Of a stretch of DNA of 21,607 nt, positions 8,956 to 17,074 are shown one piece after another; the first letter of the stretch is position 1, and every line of letters starts with the position of its first letter. The notes beneath the pieces were generated by a model. That model saw nothing but the letters and a program-made list of their open reading frames with translations. It made no database searches and had not been told where the DNA came from. Origin of the DNA: an uncultured archaeon (lineage in GTDB: Archaea; Asgardarchaeota; Lokiarchaeia; Sigyniarchaeales; SOKP01); assembly GCA_964525635.1 (NCBI GenBank), contig CAZGJX010000077.1, positions 1 through 21,607 of the forward strand. The letters run 5' to 3'. The position numbers were made by a program, and so were the translations under genes.

Positions 8956-9213
8956 ATGGAAATTAAGTCCTGTTCTGATTATTTTCACATCTGTAATGAA
9001 TTCATCAAAAATAGTATTAGACAAGATGAAATGAGATTGAATGAAAGTTTTTGCAGGATAGAAAAAATATCAATTAATAAATTTAAAATACAATTTCAGT
9101 CAAATTTATTGAAAAAATCCTTTAAAAATTTGTTGAAAGTAATGTTTAATGAAATGGGTTTCGATGTGAATATTATTAAGAAATATAGAACTCTTGAAAT
9201 TTCAATAAGTTAA
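8956..9213 (+). CDS. Small hypothetical protein (85 aa)
   Basis: ATG-started ORF with no overlap, co-oriented with its neighbours, with an amphipathic helix/strand pattern. Confidence 0.6.
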   Translation: MEIKSCSDYFHICNEFIKNSIRQDEMRLNESFCRIEKISINKFKIQFQSNLLKKSFKNLLKVMFNEMGFDVNIIKKYRTLEISIS

Positions 9214-9553
9214 ATTTATCTATCCTTAATAAGAAGATTTTAATATTTTCAATAGTATTAATTAAAGTTCTTGTAAATTCTAAGTTTATAATTATGAGAT
9301 TATTATCATCAACAACTAATCATCTAATTATATTTTCAAAAACAATTATTTGTAGAGATACAATATAAATTTCAGTTTTTATTATAAATGTTTTTTAATA
9401 TTGAGAAATTAAGTGATATAAATTGAATATTTATACTAAGAATTTAGCATAGAAAATTAAAAATAAATAAATTTAATTACATATTATTATATTTATCCAA
9501 ATATATCATCAAAATCTTTTCGATTTATTATCCTTTTGTATAGAGCTTTACCA

Positions 9554-12310
9554 ATGAATAAAAATAAATTTAAGCAACATTTTATCATAATTTTTTTAAT
9601 TCTTTTTATATCAATTAATATTTATATCATACAGAGCAATAATATTTCAAGTGATATTGATAAGAATAATAGAGAAGCTTTACCCATTAACTTAAAGAGT
9701 TCTTTATATAATTATACAACAACAGAAGTAGTGTCATCTGAAAGTACTGAAGCTTCTCTGTGGCCTTCCATTGCTATAGATTCTTTAGGAAATATACATG
9801 TCGTATGGGCAGATAAAACGAATTATACAGGATGTAGTGAAATATCTGATGATTTTGATATATTTTATAAACAGTGGAATAATAGTTTAAAAGATTGGAC
9901 GAATACTGAGGTGGTCTCTACTGAGAGTACAAGTGATTCACTTTATCCTTCAATTGCCATTGATAGTTTAAATAATATTCATATAGCTTGGAATGATAAT
10001 ACAAATTATACTGGATGTAAAAGTGTAGGGGAAGATTATGATATATTTTATAAGGTGTGGAATAGTACTATAAAAAATTGGACGAATACTGAGGTGGTCT
10101 CTTCTGAAAGTACAAATAGTTCAGAAATCCCTTCAATTGCTATTGATAGTTTAAATAATATTCATATAGCTTGGGAAGATAAAACAAATTATACTGGATG
10201 TAAAAGTGTAGGGGAAGATTATGATATATTTTATAAACAGTGGAATAGTACTATAAAAGATTGGACGAATACAGAGGTAGTCTCTACTGAGAGTACTGAT
10301 TATTCTACTTGTCCTTCAATTGCTATAGATTCTTTAGGAAATATACATGTAGCATGGTATGACCAAACAAATTATTCTGCATGTAAAAGTGCAGGGGAAG
10401 ATTATGATATATTTTATAAACAGTGGAATAATACTATAAAAGATTGGACGAATACAGAGGTGGTCTCTACTGAAAGTTATAAAAATTCTTATAATCCCTC
10501 AATTACTACTAATGTGCTAGGAAATGTACATATAACTTGGGAAGATATAACGCCCCTAAATAGTTCTGGAGATGAATCTGATATATTTTATAAACAGTGG
10601 AATAATACTATAAAAGATTGGACGATTACTGAGGTAGTCTCTACTGAGAGTACTGATTATTCTACTTGTCCTTCAATTGCTATAGATTCTTTAGGAAATA
10701 TACATATAGCATGGTATGACCAAACAAATTATTCTGCATGTAAAAGTGCAGGGGAGAATTATGATATTTTTTATAAACAATGGAATAATACTATAAAAGA
10801 TTGGACATTGACAGATATAATATCTACTGAAAGTGATGCAGAATCATCTTGGCCTAAAATTGCTATAGATGGTTCAAATAATGTTCATGTAGTATGGAAT
10901 GATAGAACAGATTATAATGGATGTAAAAACTCAGTAAGTGATTTTTATGATATATTTTATAAATGTAGAATTACTCATAATATACCTTCTGTGAATTATC
11001 CAACTGATATTGAAACAACCAAGTTTGGGACCGAGACTATTGATTGGATCATCACTGATGATGTAGGAGCAGGAATGTATCGTGTTTTTATAAATGATAT
11101 AATTCTTGAGAGAGATTGGACTCCATGGGACAATAATACTATTATTCATATGCCAATTAATCGTAATTCTCCAGGAACATTTTACTATACAATTGAATAT
11201 TATGATACCTTTAAAGTATATGGAATTAATGACACTGTGACAGTTGTAATAGAAGATGGTAATCCGATAATTAATCATCCTATTGATCATAAAATAGAAA
11301 AAGGTCAATCATTAGTAATTGAATGGATTATTACTGATGATTTTGGTGACGGGTTTTACAGAATCTTTTTAAATGATATTTCTAGCGGCTGGGATACCTG
11401 GGAAAGTGATGCAACAATACAATATTCTTTAAAGACTTCTGTTATTGGTGTGTTTAATATTACTATTCAATATCAAACCTCTACAGGACAAATAGGATAT
11501 GATACAGTAATGGTTGAAATTACTCCTTCAGGAATACAAATATTTTTTGATTTCTTGCCATATCTTATTGTTATAATCAGTTCTATATTAGTAATAGCAT
11601 CTTCTGTTATTATACTAAAAAGAAGAAAACATAAACAAATAGTAATGTGGAAAGAAAAGACGAAAATATTTTCTGATATTTTAAATATTGACTTAATCTT
11701 AATTATTCATAAAGAAACTGGTTCTGCAATAGTCTCACATAATTTTAGTGAACAAACTATGGATGGAGATCTTATAGGTGGATTTCTACAAGCTATGACT
11801 TCTTTTAAATATGAAATTAAAAAATTCGATACAACTCAAACTTCGAAAGGCTCAACTTTATTGGATTATGAACATTATAAAATCCTTATTAAGGATGGGG
11901 AGTTTATTCGCGTTGCTATAATATTAAATTCAGATCCATCAAATCTCCTAGAAAATGCATTTTATGGCTTTATTGAAGAATTTGAAACAAGATTTAATAC
12001 CGAATTAAAACAATTTCATGGTAAAATCACAACATTTCAAAATTCCATAGATTTGATCAACAAATATTTCAATATCTCTCTAATTTATCCTCACTGTACT
12101 AGTAAAAAGGCATCGTTAAAAGAATTGAACTCCTTTCAAGAATATATAATAAAAATGGCAAAGAACTTAGAAAGTAAAACAGGAATGTTTCATATGAGTC
12201 AATTGATAAATTATATAATAGCTGATAAACCAAATGAACTAAAAGAGAAAATAATCGCGAATATTATTGATTTAAGACAACTTGGATTTCTAGAATTAGC
12301 TAATCCTTAA
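9554..12310 (+). CDS. Membrane-anchored surface protein: N-terminal signal/anchor, 7-repeat beta-propeller, two Ig-like domains, TM helix, cytoplasmic longin-like domain plus helical (wHTH-like) tail
   Basis: ATG 9554 is preferred over TTG 9536. Hydrophobic HFIIIFLILFISINIYII; seven PSIAIDSLxNIHxAW...DIFYK repeats; two P..P.D...I.WIITDD.G.G.YR.F.ND units; TM FLPYLIVIISSILVIASSVIIL followed by KRRKHK; LILIIHKETGSAIVS...DGDLIGGFLQAMTSF longin-like segment; many N-x-S/T sequons in the ectodomain. Confidence 0.85.
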   Translation: MNKNKFKQHFIIIFLILFISINIYIIQSNNISSDIDKNNREALPINLKSSLYNYTTTEVVSSESTEASLWPSIAIDSLGNIHVVWADKTNYTGCSEISDDFDIFYKQWNNSLKDWTNTEVVSTESTSDSLYPSIAIDSLNNIHIAWNDNTNYTGCKSVGEDYDIFYKVWNSTIKNWTNTEVVSSESTNSSEIPSIAIDSLNNIHIAWEDKTNYTGCKSVGEDYDIFYKQWNSTIKDWTNTEVVSTESTDYSTCPSIAIDSLGNIHVAWYDQTNYSACKSAGEDYDIFYKQWNNTIKDWTNTEVVSTESYKNSYNPSITTNVLGNVHITWEDITPLNSSGDESDIFYKQWNNTIKDWTITEVVSTESTDYSTCPSIAIDSLGNIHIAWYDQTNYSACKSAGENYDIFYKQWNNTIKDWTLTDIISTESDAESSWPKIAIDGSNNVHVVWNDRTDYNGCKNSVSDFYDIFYKCRITHNIPSVNYPTDIETTKFGTETIDWIITDDVGAGMYRVFINDIILERDWTPWDNNTIIHMPINRNSPGTFYYTIEYYDTFKVYGINDTVTVVIEDGNPIINHPIDHKIEKGQSLVIEWIITDDFGDGFYRIFLNDISSGWDTWESDATIQYSLKTSVIGVFNITIQYQTSTGQIGYDTVMVEITPSGIQIFFDFLPYLIVIISSILVIASSVIILKRRKHKQIVMWKEKTKIFSDILNIDLILIIHKETGSAIVSHNFSEQTMDGDLIGGFLQAMTSFKYEIKKFDTTQTSKGSTLLDYEHYKILIKDGEFIRVAIILNSDPSNLLENAFYGFIEEFETRFNTELKQFHGKITTFQNSIDLINKYFNISLIYPHCTSKKASLKELNSFQEYIIKMAKNLESKTGMFHMSQLINYIIADKPNELKEKIIANIIDLRQLGFLELANP
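9722..10966 (+). repeat. Seven intragenic tandem repeats of 183 nt (61 aa; unit 5 is 174 nt, unit 7 partial)
   Basis: Units start at 9722, 9905, 10088, 10271, 10454, 10628 and 10811. Units 4 and 6, and units 2 and 3, are near-identical at DNA level. Confidence 0.95.
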
Positions 12311-12388
12311 TATTTATTTTTCTAAAATTAATTCAATTATTATCTATTTGAGATTAATAATCAATAAAAATTATAAATAATTTTAAAA

Positions 12389-15300
12389 TTACCAATAAAT
12401 CTCTTTTAAAGTTTCATGGTATTCATTTAGAGATTTTACTGATATTTCTCTTGTTCTTACTTTTTCTATTGCATTTACAAGTGCTTCTGCTAACTGTAAA
12501 TCGATTATAACGGGTATATTATAATCAACTGCCATTCTTCTAATTTGATATTCATCTTCTATTATTTGACGGAATTTCTTTTCTATGGTAGTTGGTAAAG
12601 GTATGTTAATGACCATATTAATATTTCCAGTTTGAAGACATTCTTTGATATTAGGTTCCATTCCACGTTCACTAACTTTATACAATCTAACAGCTGGAAT
12701 TCCATTTTTTTTAAGAGATTCTGCTGTATGTTTTGTGGAAAAAATCGTAAATCCTAAATTTATTAATTTTTTAGCAATTGGTATGATTTGTTCTTTTAAT
12801 TTATCACCACCAACAGAGATTAATACATTACCACCTTCAATAGGAATAAATTGTTCTGCGGCTTCAAGAGCTTTCATTAAAGCGCTTGGTAGATCTTCAC
12901 TAATTACAGCAACTTCACCAGTACTATTCATTTCTACTGAGAGGATTGGGTCTGCATTATCCAATCTCATAAAAGAAAACATAGGAGATTTAACAGCAAC
13001 AAAATCACCATAGGGTAAATTTAATAATCTTTCGGGTATTTTTTGTCCCATAACAACTTCTGCAGCTAATTTCATTAAATTAATACCACGCGTTTTAGAT
13101 ACATAAGGCATACTTCTACTAGAACGTAAATTACATTCTATAACAAATACTTCTCCATTTTTAACTAAATATTGAATATTAAATGGTCCTTGAATCTTCA
13201 ATGCTAAAGCTATATCTTTTGTATATTTTTCAATTGTCTGAATAACTTCATTTGAAACGGTTTGAGGTGGAATTGACATTGTAGCATCACCAGAATGAAC
13301 ACCTGCATTTTCAATATGTTCTACTACTGCACCAATAAGTACTTTTTCACCATCACATATTCCATCACATTCTAATTCTCGTGAATCTGTGAAGAATTTT
13401 GTTATTACTACAGGATACTCTTGGGAGACTGCTGCTGCTAAATCCAATGTATCTATCAATGTTTTTTCATTATAAGAAACTCTCATAGCCGCACCACTTA
13501 ACACATAAGAAGGTCTTACAAGAACAGGATAACCAACTTTATTGGCAAAATGAAGTGCTTCATCCTTTTTTATTAATATACTCCATTCAGGTTGTTTTAT
13601 ATTCAATTGATCTAATAAATTACTAAATTTTGAGCGATCTTCTGCCATATCAACCCGTGAACCATGAGTACCTAAAATATTTATACCAGCTTTACGATAA
13701 AATTCGGAATATTTAGAAAATTTAGCAGCAAGATTTTGAGCTATTTGTCCACCTGCATTTAAAACAATTCCATAAGATTTTTCGAGCTCACAAATATCTA
13801 AAACTCTTTCCCCAGATAATTCTTCGAAATATAATCTATCAACTAAATCATAATCTGTTGAAACCGTTTCAGGATTATAATTAATCATTATTGCTTTGTC
13901 TATTCCTAATTTTTGAAGCCCCCATAAACAATTAACACTTCCCCAATCAAATTCACAACTACTTCCAATTCTATAAGTTCCACATCCTAAAACAATAACT
14001 TTTTTTAAATTATCCCTTTCTTCTTGTTTATAGTCAATATCATGTTTATTTCCCCAATAGGTTAAATATAAATATTGCCTTTTAGGGACGCATTGTCCTG
14101 CTAATGTATCAATCTGTTTTACATATGGTAAAATATTATATCTTTTACGTAATCTCCTTATAGTAGGAGTGTCAACACCAATTATTTTTGCTATTTGCCC
14201 ATCTGAAAATCCATATCTTTTAGCTTTTCTGAATAAATATTGTTTTTCATCATCATTTGATTTTAGAAAATCTAATTCTTTAATATCTTTTTCAATATCT
14301 ATTATATTTTTTAATTTATAAAGAAACCACTTGTCTATTTTTGATCTTTCATAAATTACATCAATAGAGATTCCTCGCTTAATTGCCTCTCCTATTCTCA
14401 AGAATCTTAAATCTGTAGGATTTCTTAATTCATATTTTAATTCATTAATATCTTCTATAGGTTCAAGGTTATTTCCAACAAAACCTTTTAAACCAATATC
14501 TAACATACGGATAGCTTTCTGACATACTTCTTCAAAGCTTCGCCCAATACTCATACATTCCCCAACGCCTTTCATTTGAGGGCCTATACGTCGATCTACT
14601 CTTTCAAATTTTGTTAAATCCCACCGAGGATATTTCAGAACCATATAATCAGTTGCAGGTTCAAAATTAGCGGTAGTTTTAAGTGTAATTTGGTTTAATA
14701 ACTCAGGTAATTTATATCCAATTGCAATTTTAGCGGCTATATAAGCTAATGGATATCCAGTTGCTTTTGAAGCCAAAGCTGATGATCTTGATAATCTTGC
14801 GTTTATTTCAATAGCTCTAAATTTTTTGCTAAAAGGATCTAATGCCCATTGTATATTACATTCTCCACATACACCTACACCTTTAGTTGCTCGGATTGAA
14901 GCAGATCTTAACATTTGAAGTTCTTCATCAGTTAGAGTTTGAGCAGGAGCTACCACTATAGAATCACCAGTATGTATACCACATGGATCTACATTCTCCA
15001 TACTACAATTAATAAAACAATTATCATCCGCATCTCTAAGTATTTCAAATTCAATTTCCTTCCAACCCCAAACACTTTCCTCAATTAAAATCTGGTTAAT
15101 ACGTGATTGTGCCAATCCTCGTTTAGCTAATCTTTCAAATTGATCCCAATTATTAATAAAAGCAGAACCTCTACCCCCTAACACATATCCAACTCTAAGC
15201 ATTATTGGAAATCCGATTTCTTTAGCAGCTTTTACAGCATCTTTATAGTTATTAACGGCAACACTCTTACAAACAGGGCAATTTGCTTCATTCATAGCTT

Positions 15301-15700
15301 TAACAAATAATTCTCTATCCTCTGTAGCTTCAATTGCTTTAATAGGTGTTCCGCATACCTTAACGTTATATTTTTCCAGAATTCCTGCTTCATATAGCTC
15401 TACACCTACATTAAGTCCTGTTTGTCCTCCGAAGGCTAGACAAATTCCATCAGGTCGTTCTTTTTTAATAATTTCCTCAACATATTTAATTGTGATAGGC
15501 TCTAAATATACCCTGTAGGACATTTGAGGATCTGTTTGGATTGTTGCTATATTAGGATTAATTAAAATCGTCTTAATTCCTTCCTCATTCAATGCTTTTA
15601 AAACTTGGCTTCCACTGTAATCAAATTCTCCAGCTTGACCTATTCTTACAGCACCAGATCCTAAAATTACTACTTTTTTTAAAGTTTTGTCCAATGGCAT
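12389..15700 (-). CDS. carB: Carbamoyl-phosphate synthase large subunit, divergent copy
   Basis: GSGAVRIGQAGEFDYSGSQ, LGGRGS, GIHTGDS, IEINARLSRSSALASKATGYP, RPSYVLSGAAM, AGVHSGDA, VIECNLRSSRS, C-terminal MGS-like domain. Confidence 0.96.
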   Translation of the reverse strand: MPLDKTLKKVVILGSGAVRIGQAGEFDYSGSQVLKALNEEGIKTILINPNIATIQTDPQMSYRVYLEPITIKYVEEIIKKERPDGICLAFGGQTGLNVGVELYEAGILEKYNVKVCGTPIKAIEATEDRELFVKAMNEANCPVCKSVAVNNYKDAVKAAKEIGFPIMLRVGYVLGGRGSAFINNWDQFERLAKRGLAQSRINQILIEESVWGWKEIEFEILRDADDNCFINCSMENVDPCGIHTGDSIVVAPAQTLTDEELQMLRSASIRATKGVGVCGECNIQWALDPFSKKFRAIEINARLSRSSALASKATGYPLAYIAAKIAIGYKLPELLNQITLKTTANFEPATDYMVLKYPRWDLTKFERVDRRIGPQMKGVGECMSIGRSFEEVCQKAIRMLDIGLKGFVGNNLEPIEDINELKYELRNPTDLRFLRIGEAIKRGISIDVIYERSKIDKWFLYKLKNIIDIEKDIKELDFLKSNDDEKQYLFRKAKRYGFSDGQIAKIIGVDTPTIRRLRKRYNILPYVKQIDTLAGQCVPKRQYLYLTYWGNKHDIDYKQEERDNLKKVIVLGCGTYRIGSSCEFDWGSVNCLWGLQKLGIDKAIMINYNPETVSTDYDLVDRLYFEELSGERVLDICELEKSYGIVLNAGGQIAQNLAAKFSKYSEFYRKAGINILGTHGSRVDMAEDRSKFSNLLDQLNIKQPEWSILIKKDEALHFANKVGYPVLVRPSYVLSGAAMRVSYNEKTLIDTLDLAAAVSQEYPVVITKFFTDSRELECDGICDGEKVLIGAVVEHIENAGVHSGDATMSIPPQTVSNEVIQTIEKYTKDIALALKIQGPFNIQYLVKNGEVFVIECNLRSSRSMPYVSKTRGINLMKLAAEVVMGQKIPERLLNLPYGDFVAVKSPMFSFMRLDNADPILSVEMNSTGEVAVISEDLPSALMKALEAAEQFIPIEGGNVLISVGGDKLKEQIIPIAKKLINLGFTIFSTKHTAESLKKNGIPAVRLYKVSERGMEPNIKECLQTGNINMVINIPLPTTIEKKFRQIIEDEYQIRRMAVDYNIPVIIDLQLAEALVNAIEKVRTREISVKSLNEYHETLKEIYW

Positions 15701-15704
15701 CGAG

Positions 15705-16838
15705 TTATACCTCCATTAATTTTATAAATTTGTTAAAAATGATATCTCTCATATCTAATGCTCCAGGAGAGGCATCTGGATTGAATGCTACAGAAAATAT
15801 TGGTTTAGATTCATGATAAAGCCCCTCATTGGTTTTATCATCTTTATCATGATATAATTCCTTAAAACCATTCTTTTCAAAATTTTTTAAACAATAACCA
15901 TGATTCTGAAAAGTAATATAGCAATGATTGCTAGCATTATCTACAGTTGTTCGACCACCTCTATGCTCAGAAATCATTCTACAGCATTCACCCCCAGCAG
16001 CAAGTCCTATAATCATATTTCCTAAGCCAATTCCAATTGTTGGGATATTATTATTGATTAATTCTTTGACAAACTGTATTTGTTCTATTAATAAATTGGG
16101 ATTCCCTGGACCATTTGATAATAATACTCCATTAAGTTCTAATTCTTTTAAATTTCTATAGGGATACGTATGGGGAATCAAAATTACGTTAAATCCTTTA
16201 TTTAATAAAATCCTTAAAATATTATTTTTTATTCCAAGATCTAAGACTGCTACTGTTCCCTTTGGGTCAGAAATCATAAATTTTTTAATCTCTTTAGTAG
16301 AAACTCTTGAAATTATCTCCTTATTAAGAGGATCCTCAATAACTTTCACATCTTCTTTTAATTGTTCAATATTAGGTTTTTGACCAATATCAAAGACTTG
16401 AACCAATCCTAATTGAGATCCTTTTTCAACAATCCTTTGAGTTAACATTCTAGTATCAATCCATTGAATGCCAGGGATATCTTCTTGAATAAGCCAATCC
16501 TCTAATGACATTATACTTTCATAATGACTTGGTTTTTTACAATATTCATTAACTATAATTCCCTTTAATTTGATGGAATCTGATTCAAAATGTTTAGGAA
16601 TTCCATATTTATCTATTATCTTATCTGGTACACCATAGTTTCCTATTAGAGGATACGTGAAAATGATAATTTGATCTTTATATGTACTATCTGTAAGTAC
16701 TTCTATATAACCTGATCCCGGAACTGTTGAAAATGTTATTTCACCAGTGACTTTTTTAGGAGCTCCTATTCCTATACCTTCAAAATAAGTCCCATCTTGT
16801 AACATCAAGATAGCTGGCTTCTCAGTTTTGTAAATCAT
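15705..16838 (-). CDS. carA: Carbamoyl-phosphate synthase small subunit, glutaminase-inactive variant
   Basis: CarA motifs (TYPLIGNYG, IDTRMLT, LSNGPGNP, QNHGY), but GIGLGNM replaces GICLGxQ and FNPD replaces FHPE. Confidence 0.93.
   Translation of the reverse strand: MIYKTEKPAILMLQDGTYFEGIGIGAPKKVTGEITFSTVPGSGYIEVLTDSTYKDQIIIFTYPLIGNYGVPDKIIDKYGIPKHFESDSIKLKGIIVNEYCKKPSHYESIMSLEDWLIQEDIPGIQWIDTRMLTQRIVEKGSQLGLVQVFDIGQKPNIEQLKEDVKVIEDPLNKEIISRVSTKEIKKFMISDPKGTVAVLDLGIKNNILRILLNKGFNVILIPHTYPYRNLKELELNGVLLSNGPGNPNLLIEQIQFVKELINNNIPTIGIGLGNMIIGLAAGGECCRMISEHRGGRTTVDNASNHCYITFQNHGYCLKNFEKNGFKELYHDKDDKTNEGLYHESKPIFSVAFNPDASPGALDMRDIIFNKFIKLMEV
15709..15714 (-). promoter_or_regulatory. Shine-Dalgarno GGAGGT for carB, embedded in the end of carA
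   Basis: ATGGAGGTATAACTCGATG, 8 nt before ATG 15700. The equivalent GGAGA at 20400-20396 precedes the other carB. Confidence 0.65.
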
Positions 16839-17060
16839 GGTAATTATTATTTTCTTTTTTTTTTTATATAATAAATATAGCTAATTAAACTATTTTATTT
16901 AATATAATAATCATTCAATAATATTATTAAAATGAAAGAAGTAAATGAAGAGTTACCTCTGTTTAAAAATAAAAAATTTTCTTTTTAGTAAATAATTCAT
17001 CAATTATTCTCATTTAACTAATCCAGTTTTAAACTTTAATTAGAATTATTTGATAATACT

Positions 17061-17066
17061 AAAAAA
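17061..17066 (-). terminator. Oligo-T terminator candidate after the canonical carAB operon
   Basis: TAA-CCTCAGGA-TTTTTT directly after the carB stop at 17075. Confidence 0.4.
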
Positions 17067-17074
17067 TCCTGAGG

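Noticed and set aside
9176-9319. Minus-strand open stretch beginning LVVDDNNLII (receiver-domain-like start)
   Set aside because: Preceded directly by a stop, no start codon and no further receiver motifs; likely chance.
9722-10966. Repeats as a CRISPR array or DGR template/variable region
   Set aside because: Units are in-frame coding repeats with no spacers, differences are not adenine-specific, and there is no reverse transcriptase or cas gene in the window.
10931-11308. 125-aa - strand ORF
   Set aside because: Antisense to the well-supported surface protein, with atypical composition.
12645-13013. 122-aa + strand ORF
   Set aside because: Antisense shadow inside carB.
15592-16161. Two + strand ORFs (15592-15816, 15928-16161)
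   Set aside because: Antisense to carB/carA.
15705-16838. Calling the divergent carA a pseudogene
   Set aside because: Full-length intact frame, retained structural motifs and a retained SD coupling to an intact carB.
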